From positions 17,828,912 through 17,892,911 of the forward strand of contig NC_092675.1 in assembly GCF_964355755.1 (NCBI RefSeq): DNA of 64,000 bases, in the 5' to 3' direction. The notes under the pieces were generated by a model. It ran no database searches. It was not told the DNA's origin and saw only the letters and a program-made list of their open reading frames with translations. Within the stretch, counting starts at the first letter, position 1. Each line of letters opens with the position of its first letter. A program made the translations under genes and the position numbers. This document shows, piece after piece, positions 35,084 through 50,412 of this stretch. Origin of the DNA: Antedon mediterranea (taxonomy: Eukaryota; Animalia; Echinodermata).

Positions 35084-35336
35084 GGCGGAGTCTCGGATCT
35101 CGTGTACTCTCTGGTGCAAACTCAGTTAATCATGAAGACAACGAACGAACAAATCTGCAAAAAAATAATTTTTAAAAATATTAATTTAATAAATATATCT
35201 ATCTACACTATTTGGTATAATGATTTATGACTTATTTAATCAAGCAATCAAATTTGACATTAAGACTCTTTATTATCTAAAATTGTTTATAAGAATTACA
35301 ATACAAATGCAATTCTTGTTATAAAGTATACTACCG

Positions 35337-35627
35337 GTATCTCTCTTTCTCTGTTAATGTTTTCTCCATAATCCAGAAGATATACCAATATAAAATGCTA
35401 AAATACTTTCTTTTCGAAAATTATTGAAGAAGTACACAGTTGAGTACCTCAGGCATACATGACACTAATCTGTTTAGGAGAGTATCTCTCTTTCTCTGTT
35501 AATGTTTTCTCCATAATCCAGAAGATATACCAATATAAAATGCTAAAATACTTTCTTTTCGAAAATTATTGAAGAAGTACACAGTTGAGTACCTCAGGCA
35601 TACATGACACTAATCTGTTTAGGAGAG
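35337..35627. repeat. Tandem duplication, 2 x ~145 bp
   Basis: GTATCTCTCTTTCTCTG...TTTAGGAGAG repeated essentially perfectly. Confidence 0.92.
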
Positions 35628-38600
35628 CAAGTGTTAAGAGCCTTATTAGTTAAGATTGTCAGGGGTTCTGCTTCGCAAACGACTCGACTTTCTCATGATA
35701 TCATGAAATAGCACCAATTAATGCAATGAAGCCGCAACAGAATAGAATTAGTGAATGATTAGATAGATAAATACGATTATCAATTGAGGAAAAATAAATG
35801 ATAGAAATTAGTGACGTATGGATGGAGATTATTGTCTGATATTTGATCAATCCGGTTCGGTAGTTGCAAAAGAATAAATGCACTGAAACATTGCATTACC
35901 TTTGAAACCTGTGAAATTTGTTTTAACACTTGTTAATTCAAAATCAATGAAAAGCATGTTTATTCTGGAAGGTGGTTCAAATTAGGACTCATACAAGTTC
36001 ATATGGAAAATAAACAGCCCATATTTGTTATACTTTGAGCGTGAGTGTTATTTGTATATTGGAGCATAGGTGATCCTTCGTGACGTTTGTCTCCATTGCC
36101 AGTGTTTTTCGGATCTTTTACTCTTTATTTCAACAAAACATCTAGTGGCCACATTTATCCATTTTTCTTCCATCACTCTTTGTGAGTGTGATGGAAATTA
36201 TCATGTCGCAATGCATCCAATGTTTTCTTCCTTATCCTATCTGTTACCTTTCGTCAGTACATTAATATTACTTTATCTTCAATCGATGTTTTCCAAATTC
36301 ATCAAGATCTTCAACTCAAAATCTTCCAATAGATTGTTGTACTCAATATTAACGTGAACGGTTCTTATATTAGAAGATTTTTTTTATTATAGAAAATGTT
36401 TATATAGAAGAAAATAACTTGTCTCCAACATCACACATATTAATAAATAAATAATGTATTTGATCTAAAACCATCTTTGTATCATTCTCTACGCGTAATT
36501 AAAATAATATAGGTAAGAATATTTTTAATGTCTCTACTACCAATAAGTAATTATTAAATAAATAATAGGCTATTGAATTTGACTGTAATTTGAATGAAAA
36601 ATGATCCAATACAATTAGCTTAAATATATTTATACAGATGCACCGTACTGAGATCAGTGAACCGTAATGTGTGAGTTTTAATTATTCTGTATTTTGATAT
36701 CTCTTCTCAACAAGAACTGCAAAGTAGAAATTTTATTTTTTGAACCTGATTACATGTTCTGAATTTTGTTCATTAGATAAAATCCTATTCTTGACATTAC
36801 CACCAGCCAAATACGCACATACGCGTTCAGGTTGAAAATCATTCTGCATCCCACTTCTCTTGATTTTCCCTCCGGTCAATCGATTATTGGAGAAAGTTGG
36901 TTTCACGTCATGCGTTTCTTTCGTGAAAGATGATTTCAGGACTTTTTAGTAGTTTGCTCCATTGCCAATCTTTGTTTGACTTTGTGAATGTGGGGAGCCC
37001 TGTCTTAATAACATATATACCTATAAATTCAAATACGCTCAAAAGGCATCTGTGATAGAAGACGGAGTTAGTGATCAATGAAAGGAGAGCAAGTTTAATA
37101 CCATTCCGCAAAATAGTCTTAAACTTTTCCGCCTCGGCCACTCTGCTTATTTCTGCTGTAAAGTTTCTCCAAAGTATTCTGTCAGATGCTATGTTCTTTA
37201 TTTTCTGTAGGTCCGTTGCAGCTTTCAATTGTGTTGGTAGTTGGTAGTTAGATCTGATAATATTAGTATTCCTCTATGTACCGTATGCAAGCATTAGTTC
37301 AACTGTACATGGTATGATTTTGCTAATTACTTGAATATCGTCTTTGTTCGAATTTCCTACGAGTTCATTTTTCAGAAATTAACTTGTTTTGTGTTGTTAT
37401 AAAACAAGATATTAATGAATATGACATTTATAAAGGATTCATAGCTAAATTTAAACATAGTTATTTCTTTGTAAACAGAGAATTTCTTTGTTACGTCCCA
37501 TTTATTAATGTCAACTTCATTAACGTAATTCTTCATTTAGAACCCTTACATTAATCAATATTTATGATTTCAAAATAAATTTATAATAATAGAATTCTTA
37601 TAGTGATTCTTCGTTTTAAGTTGTGTCTATGATTATATACAAAGCAGGTAAGATTCCGAGAAAAAGAAAAACAAACTTGTCCACCGTAGTCCATTCAAAA
37701 TCACAAATGGCTGTAACAAGAATCTCCTGATATACAGAATAGAAATACAGTAGTAAACTATTATATAAATATTGAAAATCGATTGAAAAAATGTGAAATT
37801 TCGATCAACTTCAAATTATCCATTGTGATGTCTGTACACTCAATTATATAGATTTTTTTTTAAGGCAAAATAATTTTTTTGTTTACAAAATATCGATTAC
37901 TAAATCACATTGCAGCTGTGAGGCGCGTCCAAGCTCAACCAAATATAGCTGTTGTAAGTTAAGATACATGCAGTGGTGGTTACTCGGTTAGGGTCTTCCA
38001 AGAAAAGCCGTGTTGATCTGATCTATTGAGGTTGTGTGTAATTATACAAAACTTCTAAAGGAATGTATCGGTATATATAAATAAATATAAAATGCTTGAT
38101 TTCAGAAGTCAATGATACTCAAACGTACACACAAGCAAAGGAAGATTTTGGGGGGTTTTTTTTTTTGCTGATTGAATTTTGTTTTTTATGGTATTCGTAT
38201 CAAACGCACTTTATTATGAAACAGGTTATTTTCCTATTATTTTTAAGGAAGTGCGCGGGATCAAATCTACGTTTACACGGAGTCTGCGCGGATTTTGCGT
38301 AATATCTGTATGTAAACGTAGCTTTAATTTGAAGTATTACAGCTCATTCCAAAAACCACCAATGCTATTACCTATTTTAGTTTGAGTTTCTTGTGAACCT
38401 TATTCAATCAATCATAATAGTGTAATAATAACCATAATAACGTGTAGAAAGGTGATATAAAAAAAACTATTTCATTAACAACAGAAAAACCTACACAAAA
38501 AATCATAGCATCATTTGTAAACGTCACATATAAGAATGTTTAGTCATAATATCAAGTGAGTATATAGCGTGTCGGAATGAAATCGTTCTGTTGTCGTATC

Positions 38601-39003
38601 TTACATATATACGTATCCTGAATTCAATGAATCGTTTTCCTTATTAATCCACTTGAAGAGTGCTAATATTTTCATGACGGTTGATTCGTGTTATCAGAAA
38701 TGACACTATATCTCAACGCAGTAATCACCAGTCATTTATCAAATATATTCAATTATGAAACGTACTCAACATTACGTCACGAGTGCAATAAAGCCATCTC
38801 AATTCTAGAATTTACTGTAATAATGCGCATTATAAAATAGAAAGTTTTAGTATTTTTTCATTCTAGATTCATGACGTCCTCTTGTGAAATCAATACAGAT
38901 CTGCTGCCAGATTGCGTACGCATGTGAAAAAAAGCAAAATAATCGCGTGAAAGAAAACCCATCTGGAATAATGCTCGTAAAATCTCGTCTAATCTTTTGT
39001 AGA

Positions 39004-39635
39004 TTAAAGCCCCATTCCCTACGTTTTTTAGATCTAATTTAAGATCACAAACTATATTTAATGTAAAAATAATACTATATGTTCCTATTGCGATAACTTT
39101 TTTCGTCTCTAAATGGTTAAAAATGTGAAAAATAAATCGATTCTAATAATTATAGCGGCCCGCTATAAATCCCAAAATGCATTGCGCGCGGATTGATATT
39201 TTTGTTTTTCACCTGTAATTCGCCCACTTTTCGATCGATCGTGAAGCCAAAACAAATGGAAGACTCCTAACTTTTCAGCGAAAATACCGGGTTTTCCCCA
39301 ATTTGTATCAACGGAGTCTGGCAAAAATAGAAAGACAATTAATGCAGCAACTATACAACGTCAGGCTAGGTATATAGCTAGCGTACGATGTTCGTACGTT
39401 ATCGATGTTTACCAGCTAGGCCTACAAAACTAAGCCTAGCTAGGCTAGGCCTAAGACCGTCCACGAGAGGTCGATCGCCGCGAGCTACTTAGGTAGTTCA
39501 TTGTTTCTCACTTTTTATCATAATTTACCATAAAAACGTACATTTAAGACAAGGAATGACATGGTTTAATGTTTTTAAAGTGATATATGTATTATTTTCC
39601 AAAAACGTCCAAAATTGCAGGGAAGGGGTCTTTAA
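39004..39635. mobile_element. TTAA-flanked non-autonomous DNA transposon (Kolobok-like)
   Basis: TTAAAGCCCCATTCCCT...AGGGAAGGGGTCTTTAA. Confidence 0.7.
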
Positions 39636-39681
39636 GATTTCTTTTATGTGAACAAAATATTTAGTGTGGATAGATTACTTA

Positions 39682-40885
39682 CACCATTTAGTTCGGAAAA
39701 TTGTCAATATACAACTAAAGGTTAACCTTAGATTGGAACGTACAGTCGTTGGTTCCATCACATAAAATGCACAAGTGATAAATGAACACGATAAGGAACA
39801 CTTTTGGAAAAAGTAAGAGTCGTCTCCCGGTGTTTTGGTCTTAACAGATTGTACTGCTTTGACCTGATGGATTTTATTCTACAACTGAACATTGACTTCT
39901 AACCATGACTACATTATGACTAAAAGAAAACCCCATATGTTAATGTCATTAGGCCTATAGTGACCAAATCCTGTAATGAACAACGTCATTTATCTACGGC
40001 TATCAAAAATGTAAAAAGAGATATAGGTATAGGATGGTCGTCTTTGACGAACCTATTGCTACTTTTGAAATATCTGCGTATCGCACACTGAACAAAAAAG
40101 TCTACCTTTGTAAAAATAAAACATTTTGTGTCCAGAAGGCATACAATTCAAGTCATTTGCAATAAATCACAATGTAGTACATAATTGAGAATTGAAATAG
40201 AAAATAATCTAAGTTTGAACGAATTCCTATAAAATTTATCTTAATTCCGGTAATCGACGAGTTAAATTGCTACGTTCATCAGTTATATTATTATTAAGGG
40301 AATAGAGAAATGATTGACACGCTTGTGCTGAGACCTAATTGTGTTTTAATAGGACCATTTTACAAGTCATCGACGGCATAAATTGTTTCTCTTTGGAGTA
40401 AATAAAAGATTCTGATATCGAAATGTTTAAAATGAATAACGAGAAATTATATTGTTATCTACACAAGCTACATTCAATTTCTTACAACATTCATGAATCA
40501 ATTTAATGAGCCTAACACAACGGTTATCAATCACCATTTAGTTCGGAAAATTGTCAATATACAACTAAAGGTTAACCTTAGATTGGAACGTACAGTCGTT
40601 GGTTCCATCACATAAAATGCACAAGTGATAAATGAACACGATAAGGAACACTTTTGGAAAAAGTAAGAGTCGTCTCCCGGTGTTTTGGTCTTAACAGATT
40701 GTACTGCTTTGACCTGATGGATTTTATTCTACAACTGAACATTGACTTCTAACCATGACTACATTATGACTAAAAGAAAACCCCATATGTTAATGTCATT
40801 AGGCCTATAGTGACCAAATCCTGTAATGAACAACGTCATTTATCTACGGCTATCAAAAATGTAAAAAGAGATATAGGTATAGGAT
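39682..40885. repeat. Direct repeat of ~354 bp (39682-40035 and 40532-40885)
   Basis: CACCATTTAGTTCGG...GGTATAGGATG, apparently identical, offset 850 bp. Confidence 0.92.
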
Positions 40886-43800
40886 GTAGTGGTTTTCGAT
40901 AAATAGGCATGGAAGTTATCATACGTAAACATTATAAACATCAATACTTCAATACTGTTTAATAATAATAGTCGATTGCTCACTGATGACTAGTAAGTAA
41001 GGCATATCAAATATTTAAAGCAAATAATAATTGAAACGAACTTCTACGTTGCAACAACAGGATGGATTACCATGTGCATTAAGGTACCAGTTATGATAAA
41101 CGAGGGTATAACATTTATCATGAAGTTTGAGGTAGGCCTATACAGTGCTTTAGGCCTAGTCAACAAATGAAAAATGCTATCAAACGTTCTGTTATTTTTG
41201 ACAGCCTTGTCGCCTAGCGGTTCATGTATTTCTCCTCCCGGGGCTGTCCTGTAAATATATTTCTCAAGTTCTCTCCATTATTTTCTATTTTGTGCAATTG
41301 TTTTTATTTTCGCTAGTTTGAGTAAAGTGTTGTTCCATGTATTACCTCTAATCCTAATTATAGCAAAAGTAGACATATCATTATCAGACAGCAAACTATG
41401 AGAAACTGAATACCAATTTAAAAAGCAATATAGTTAAAATTCTACCAAGGAAATTTCAATCACAAATCCCTTTGTTACTTAATTACAGTTGTCACTATTT
41501 ATAATTCACCTGGCAAATAGGCCGCATGTCTCTAAACAAATGACATATGATTACATTGATTATAGCAGTTGTTCTGTGTAACTGATGAACATTCCAGGAT
41601 ATGATATTCAATTACCCAATGAAAACCGTTGAAATTAAATCCATTTCGGAGATACTGGCAATAATCATGGTTTGCCCGGTAGCGACAATTCAATGCGACA
41701 TCAAAGCTGTCGCATTGATTTTTTCCAATTATTATCTTCCACACGTCTTTAATTGGCTTTTGCATGTCTCGAGAAAGCATCATTTCGCTTCTGGGATTTT
41801 TAGATCCCCTTCATAAAGTAATGTACAAACAATCTAACAGAACATAAATGCGTAATTGATTTAAAAGAACAGAGGAATATTAGTTTCCGTTGAAGTGGGC
41901 CAATTTCACACCCAATTCTCGTCACTCGGTCGTAGTTTCCCTACAACCTTTCTCCCACACTGAACACCTTTTTCAATACAGTACCGTGTAATTTTGAAGA
42001 CAATGGAATCGACAATCTTCTGTATGATGTGTAGGCCTATAATAGTATTTTACATTTTGTTGAGATTTTCCTTATGTTTAAGAAATTGATTGATTATTCC
42101 ACCCTTTTATTTAGAATTATTCTCTCATATTTATGTTGACTATTAAAAACAAAAATGTGTTTTCATGGATTGTATACCGATACGTTTATTTTTAATTATT
42201 AGGCCTATAGTAATCAAAATTAGTTTTACTAAAATCATACGGCCCCATTCATCATACGTATGTACTATCAATTTTTGTTTTATCAATCTATCTCACAGTT
42301 AAGTCGGACTGGTGTGATGAGTAATTGGATTCAATAAGAAAGATATACGAGGACTAGTGTGATTAACATAAAGATAGTTAATGCTTCGAAATGCCACGAC
42401 GATCAATTTTATAGCTGTAAAATTTGACCCAATAAACTGAAAAAACTTAGTCGATAGTGTGTCTATTGCAATTAAGTTATTCAGTTTCAATAAAAGTGTA
42501 ATTGAACGAAACAATTCGGAATAATTTCCGATCCTCTGGCATTATCACATAAGTTCACTTTAAAATGGTGCAGAGGCCACATATGATACCTATGTGACAA
42601 TGTGTCACAGACGTTTACTATGATACTGGACAAATTATAGATAGAATACCAATAACTTTCTAAACCTTTGTTGAATGTCTGAAAATGATATTAATTGAAA
42701 TTATTTTCTAATCTCATTTTGATGTGATTTAATCAGAGATTGCGGTGCGTAAGATTTAGATTTGATGATACCCTTGATATGATAATGAATGGTTAGCAAA
42801 TAATATGACACTATATGGAAATACAACACAATATGCTTTATTCTTCAGTCCTTAGGTAACCTGTATCTATATTTTTTGTAATTAATTGAAAATGTTAACA
42901 TTATCTGCTAGGTCATAGGTCACTATTATTAGTACGATGTCGAGTGACGATACACTATGAACTTTATTAAGGCAGCAATAGTTTGTTAACATAATTGATG
43001 TTCCGACACGTTATCGCATATCAAATTGGTATCTATCCAACAGTGTGTTCTTTTTATTATGTGAACTAAGATTATAAACTTAAGCATTCAGACTTAGACT
43101 CAATACTTGAACAGTGTTAGAATGGTAGCAAGTAAACATCATGAATAAAATGTTACAGGCAAATCGAGGAAATTATCACAGTAAAATCACAATGTGCCCG
43201 TTTACTGAATCAACGTCATTTGTACGCGCGCGTGTTTCATTCAAGCCATAGATGATTGCGAGTTCAAGTGTTCAATAGTAATTTTCTTATAGGCCTAAAC
43301 AATACAAATATAGTAAAGATATATGGACTCTATGTTTAGGTATTCTTAATATGTTGCTAATCTTTATTTTTTATTAGGGCAGCATGAAATAAATACGGGG
43401 CTGTCGCACAACTATAATAATGTATTGTCATGTAAATTGCCAGAAATGTATTTTGATGCATGCATTAGGGTTATCTCTTATCTTTCAGTCAATCCACTCA
43501 AAGTAAATGGTCTTGATTACCCTAACTGATTAAACTTACAATTTTGAATTTCCATTTGGTTGAGTATTTAATCTTTGTAAAATATATGACGTACAAAATA
43601 GACAAAACTTATAAGACTGTTTCAGATATTATAAGGGTACCATCGGACATGGTAACCTTGGCTTTTATGAACAAGTAGAGCATTAACCGGGTTGGCCTAG
43701 AGTTTATTATAGAAATTATCCTACCGCAGTTTTGTGTAAACTCTCCTGTGCATTATCCTAATATTTGTAAGCCTAAAGGTATACTGTAAATATAAGGTAT

Positions 43801-46482
43801 TTTGTAATCAATTGATATTTACAATTCAGATTAAAGAGGCCAGCGTTACATTTGAAATATTTACTGAAAGATTCCTTTGTAGAAAATATACCCATTTCCT
43901 TTCGATAATTTTCAAGTCATGCATCAATATGTATGGATATTATAGATAATGAGTTACATAGTAATAGTTTAATTCCTTTTCCTATCTTAACATTTAATTA
44001 TAATACACACAAAGCATAACAATGTAGTCTTAAATATTAGAACAGCCTTCCTATTGTCTATTTCCGTACTATAACGCAATTTCAAAATAAATTCTAAGAC
44101 TAAAAGTATTCACTCTGCACATTTACAGCCTGATCCTCGCGTGTGTCACACGAATATTCCACGCGTTCCACACGAGACAATGGATACGAATGTTTGATTA
44201 CTACCGTATATGGCAACATTTCTTCACTTTGTATCTTTATTGAAATTCCTTATGCAACAGGTGTTGAACAAAATCAATAACAGCATAAGAGCAAATAAAA
44301 TGGTTGTAATTGCGTCATTTCATGAACTACTCATAAGCATGTTTATTGGAGTAGCCATCGATTGGTGAAAGGGGTCAGACAAGCCAGTATGTAAGGGGCC
44401 TAGCCTAGATCTCATATTCATAATAAAGGTCTAACGAGCAAAAGTTATACTAAGATCTATTAATTATTACAAATAGCAATATCGATTCTTCCGTTGCGTT
44501 CAACATATTAATCAGTTAGTGTATCGTATTGGCTAATTATTTCACATGATACTAGATACAGTGTAACCACTCCATGACTATCCATACTTCATAGCTTAAG
44601 TTATACGTTAAATTCCAGGAGTATTTTAAATTTAAAGCATGTTGTCAAATACAATAATCAATTTTGTTTAAACATAGAATCCAGGTTTACAAGTTTTATC
44701 TAAAAGTAGGCCATGTAGCGAACCTACACGATATTTTTTTGTAAACTACCAAAATAACCTCAGGTAAAATTTCATTCGAATTTGACTTATATAAAGCGGT
44801 TAGTTATTTTTTTCATGCCAATTCTTCCAACGTTCTAGTAAATTCTATTTTTGAGATGTAATTTGATTTTTTCGACGTGCTTAATCATACAATTGTAAAA
44901 TGTTTGGGATCTAATATACTTGAATAAACGAATGTGACGGATTGTAAATCCAAGTATATTGTAATATGATTTTAAATGATAGTCATACATTTTATTGAAT
45001 AAGCTGAGTTGAGTTGTATAACGTAAAGTCACGTTTATGATCAGAATCCAAGAAGAATTTACCCGTACTCATTTAAACTTTTATCATTTATACCTTTTTT
45101 CGATTGTTTTGTTTCGCTTATAATTTATTTGAATTTATTTAGCTATGGAATTTACATAAACAAGAGCAACCAGAGAGTAAAAAGAGAAAAATGATTAAAA
45201 ATCCTGATAACGATCCGTCTTTTAGTTTTGACGTACGACAAATTAGTAAAATAATAATTTAAAAAGTGGTCCAGAATTAGGAGTCTGGTCCGACTAACCT
45301 CCAAAATGGAATTGAGTCTTTCGTGACCACGCCTAAAATTACTAAAACAACATAAAGTGGTCCAGAAATGGAGTCGTCCGTGTGACCATATATTGAAACT
45401 TGGTAAAGATCCGTGTTTTAGTTTTGACGTTAATAACAACTTGGACGAATTATTATTAAAACTCTGATAGAAAAGATCAGCCCAAAAAGTGAAAACAAAA
45501 ACATATTTTCATTGGGATCCTGCAATCTATCACTTTCAGTTCAAAACCAAAAATCCCAATTTCAACCAAATATTAATATATTTGTGAAGCTTTTCGGTGG
45601 ACTTATGTGGAAATAAAATTTTAAAAAACGTTGAAAATGTGTGGAGTAGCAGACAGGGTGAGTGTAACATTTCACTACACAGTATTTTCCAACTGGCTAA
45701 AATTTGTACCGAAAATCTCAATATTTACACATTATAATTACTACACTTAGGCGTGACTTACCATTACAGTTTAATCAGACATATCAGTTATGTTATCTTA
45801 AATTTCGGTGAAGATTGATTTGATACAAAGACCCCTTCATGTACATCGCTCGGGCATGACTAGGGATTGTCAATAAGTAGCCATCTATCAATAAGTAGCA
45901 AAATAACGTTCGTATGGATACGTCCATCGGACGCCGTTTGAAACCATGTCTAATTATCCTGAATTGTAATTAAAAGTAATATTTAAATTGGGGGCATAGT
46001 CAGTCGCTTTTAATCAGTATACACATTTTTTTTATAGATCTTGAATGTATTTTTAATCAGAGATGAATGTGTTGTCTGACCTTTTTTGTTCCGGCCAATA
46101 CCCTTTGCCAGAGTTTGTCCATCTGATGCACACTTACTTAAAGTATTATATCGATTACTGCCACAATGTATTGCATCTACACTTTAATTAAACAATATGT
46201 AACTCCAGCAGGACAAGACATGATGTTGGCGTACATCAACCCTTACGTGACCCAGTACCCTGTTGTTGTTAAGAAAATGAAAATCTACACCTAGTCTACC
46301 AGTCTATCTTACTATAGGCTACGATTATCAACATTAGCAGTCAGTGACGTCATCACACACATTCACAAAGTTGAATGCGCGTACAAAAGTCAATTTTCCA
46401 TAGCATATATAACGGGATTTATAAAAGTGTCTTTACTAATAACTTAATTATTGATAGCTGTAAACTTTAAGCTGAAACGGTT

Positions 46483-46641
46483 AAAGCTTGGTTCCAAACT
46501 TTGACAGAACACAAAGACGTATAAGCACGCCGCAAAAAAATTGACCAATCACGACTGGATCATAAACTATCGTTTTTAATTGGTCAACTAACGTACGTTA
46601 TGAATACGTCGTTGCGTTGCATCCAAGTGGGAACCAAGCTT
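46483..46641. mobile_element. MITE, family A
   Basis: AAAGCTTGGTTCC...GGGAACCAAGCTT. Confidence 0.75.
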
Positions 46642-49600
46642 AACGTAAAAATAGAAAAAAAACATAATAGTATGCTCTCCGCCTTAGGCCTACCTTTTTA
46701 GTCAATACACATTTCCCGTGAGATTACATTGTCATTGGAATTATTAACTGTGTTCCAAGCGTGTGGAGGGCCAGCAAAATAATCGATAATTTGTTAATAA
46801 GCAGGATGGCGCCTGGTTTATGATTGAAGAATCATGCCTTTAAATCTATGCAGGTCACATAACACGCCTATACATCATATTTAAACGCCGCTAATAAGTG
46901 TCAAGATTGCGTTCGTTTTTTTGAATGCGAAAACGATGTTTTTACGACTAATTGATTTTTAATAAATCAGTCGTCTCCATGACGCATAACAAACACCGTG
47001 TCGTAATAGTACGATGATAATGATAATAATCATAATGTGATTTTGGGTAAATAAAACCCATTAGGAAATATATTGCCTGTTTCACTGGAAATCGAATGAG
47101 AAAGGATTTGGCGTAATTCTCAGAAGGAACATGTGCGTACATGTGTCAATTATTTTGGATTTTCCATTTAAAAATTACGTGGTTTAAAAGCCTTTTTGTA
47201 TATTGTGATCCGTATAACTTTTGAACATTTTACCACCAATTGCATGGAGGTATAGATATACCAAAGAATTAAAGTTATAACGCTCAGCTTTAAAAACCAC
47301 GAAGGCACTCTGTACAAGTAACAAACCGCACCTAAACCAACGATCAAATCTGAGCTTCCCGTTAGATACGGTAAATTATTGTAACCTTACTAGCGTTTTT
47401 ATTTATTAGCTTATTGTGAACACCAGAACATTTTCGTATATTAAACACTGTTACTGGCATTTATTTTAGTCGGATAACAATCGATTTTAAATCTGTCATG
47501 AGATAGATTCTAACTGACAATCGCACGTCATCTAGAAAGGACATCTAGCTGTTTAAAGTACTTTTAATGAATGTTATCTCTTCCAGTAATGTTCTAATTA
47601 CATGTCAGGTATAACGTAAATATGTGCATTAAGTTTTTTTTCCTAGCGATATCCAAGCCATCGGGAACCATTCGTATAACAAAGGTTTCCCAAGCATAAA
47701 TACTATAGGCATTAAGTGCATATCATGTAATTTCACGGATGATGACATTCCTTTAAAGCCAAGTTGCAAAAAATAACAACACTTGAACTGGTTATTAGGA
47801 TCTGTTCTTTAATTACCACTCAATTACCCATGGTAACAATGGCACTATAACCTGATGTTTTGAAGTAAACAGTTCGTTAAATGTTACGAGAATCTACGGT
47901 ACTGCACTAATGTGTAAAGCCACGGGTCAGACAGCACATTTGCAATTTACTCGTATCCGGGGGACAAGGTACTTTTATTATTTACAATTGTCACTCCCAC
48001 AAGAATTACACGTGGGTACAATGGGTGCTAATTTACATTGTTACCAGGCCTGTAAGTACCTACTTTGGAGTACTAAATGCAGTGAATACAAATGAAACAT
48101 TGTAAAACTACTCGCCAGAGAGTTAAATATACATTTGTAGCAATGATTGGTAATACTCGTTCTAATAGAGGCATGGCAATTAACGCAATAAATGATCACT
48201 ACGATACTAACTGAAGCACTATGGATAAGTTCTTCTTGCCATGTTTTACTGTGACTACATTGTTTTTATTGGGCATCGAAAAGTGCCAATTGTGCCGGTC
48301 ATCTTTTTTGTAAACCTGACGATTCAGCCCCTTCTACTGTGCACTTAATGCCCAATTGCGTGCTGTACCTGAAATGTGCACCGGTTGAGTTTTAGTAAAA
48401 TTTTAATATCAAACAAATTTTGAAAATGGTGAAAATATAATCAATATTCAATATTCAACACGACTGAAGGCGAGATGGGTTAGGACCGACGCGGATCGAA
48501 TGGCAGCGAGCGTTGGAAGAGCACAATTAGAGACTAATCCAAGAGCTCGTACATTCAAAGCAAGTAATACAATTAGGTTAAATGAAATAAATAAAATGTT
48601 ATGTAAGACAACGTTTAGAAATGCATTGCACTAAAACACCAAATCAAATATGGCATGAAATCGATTTTTAAGAACAAATATGCACATGTTGACGCAGTAC
48701 TTTGTGACTGGGTGAGCAGGACAAAATATGCAAACAATGAGGACGGCCACTGATATGTGTCTGTTGGTATACAGTACATTGATTTTGAAATATAGTAAAA
48801 GTAATATTTAAATAAGGATTTTCGAGATCTACATCAGATGTACTATCGATGTTTGTGTTATCAGTTTCCTTTACATGGCTGAGGTTGACCTTCAATGTTT
48901 TCTTTTCCTGAGGATGCTGCTTACAAGTAAGTTTTTCCACCAAACGCTCTAAAAATAATTTGTCTTGGGACTGAATTTGTAATATACGGTTACTATAGTT
49001 CTGGTGGTGGTGGAACATGTATAGGCCTACAGATAAACTACTTTAGAAGAGTAATTTCAAAAGATGAAAAGTAAAATGATTGAACATGCGATGAAATAAA
49101 GTTTTTACTCTTCTAGACCATTATACATCCATTCATTCATTTATTCAATTCAACGTAAACATTTATTTTCTTTCTTTCGTAAACAATACCCCCGGCCAAA
49201 GTACAATAATAGAAAATAATGCTATTATAACATTTAAGTAGTAGTAACAGCAAAATAATTAGTTCTCTTTTTATATTCGAAAAAGGCAAACCTTACCAGG
49301 CTATTGATTAATTTTTTCTTTTAGTTATATTCATTTGTAAAATAAACTTATACTGTTTCACATTATACGATATGGTGTGGTAGAACAACGGATAAAAAAC
49401 ATTAAAATCTTTAGCCCATCTAGCTCATGTACATGCAGAATCCAGTGCATCTTTCGAAAGAGTACGACAGGGTTACTCAGATTTATTTGGGTGTTCTCGT
49501 GGACCACAAAGGAACGGAGCGCCATTTCCGGGCTGCTCGAAACGAAGAGTAAGTCGTCCACATCTCGTTGCGGATTTCAGTAATAACACGGGTTATTATT

Positions 49601-50412
49601 TTAAAGACGAAAATATATGGTAGAATGTTGTTCCATGATAGGTCCAAGTATTTATGGATCCGCGGTATGGTATCAATTGCAGATATAACTTTAATATGTT
49701 TGTACAACTTGTGTATTTGTAGTGTAGCTCAACTGGCTTTACATTTTAATTGGTCACTAGTAATCTGTCGGCGTAACGTGACCTGGATTTCTGAATGAAT
49801 GAAAGCCAATGTTTACCATTGATTGTCTGCAATATTAATTTCAATTTAATATACTGTTTGGCGTGCATTTGCATGTAATAGAAATTCTTAATTTATTAGT
49901 TGTATCGACTAATCGCAAAAATCGTTACTTTAATTTGATCAGCGTTAGACAAATTAAAATTAAGTTTACTGTTTACTCTGAAATTTAGTATATGGTGTCC
50001 ATAATGTGGGCGGAGTACTTCAACAAGTCCTATATAAGCATCAGATCATGTCATTTAAAAGATGTAGACATAATACATAACAAAATGTACAAACATTAGA
50101 AAAGCTTTTAAGGAGATTATGTATGTTTAGTTTAGGATGGCACATTGGGAATATTCTAGACAATAGCTTAAAATTAAGCCTATTTCCTAATATTTAATAT
50201 TCTTTGTATGACAGCTTATGGTCTAGATGAAACATACGATGATGATAATACAGTAGTTGATAAGGAACAAAAATACTACAGTAGACCTACAGAAATGGAT
50301 TACCACTAAGCATCAATAAATAAACTTAATGGCTATCAATGTATAATAAATGAAACACATCATTCCACATAAAGAAACTATAAGATTCACAAATAAACTA
50401 GGTTAGGTTTAT

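Noticed and set aside
36908-37228. 106-aa ORF on the minus strand
   Set aside because: Only the ASDRILWRNF stretch resembles a LINE ORF2 C-terminus; likely a retroelement scrap, not a gene.
48668-49018. 116-aa ORF on the minus strand
   Set aside because: No recognisable homology or exon partners; treated as a chance ORF like most short ORFs from 36 to 64 kb.
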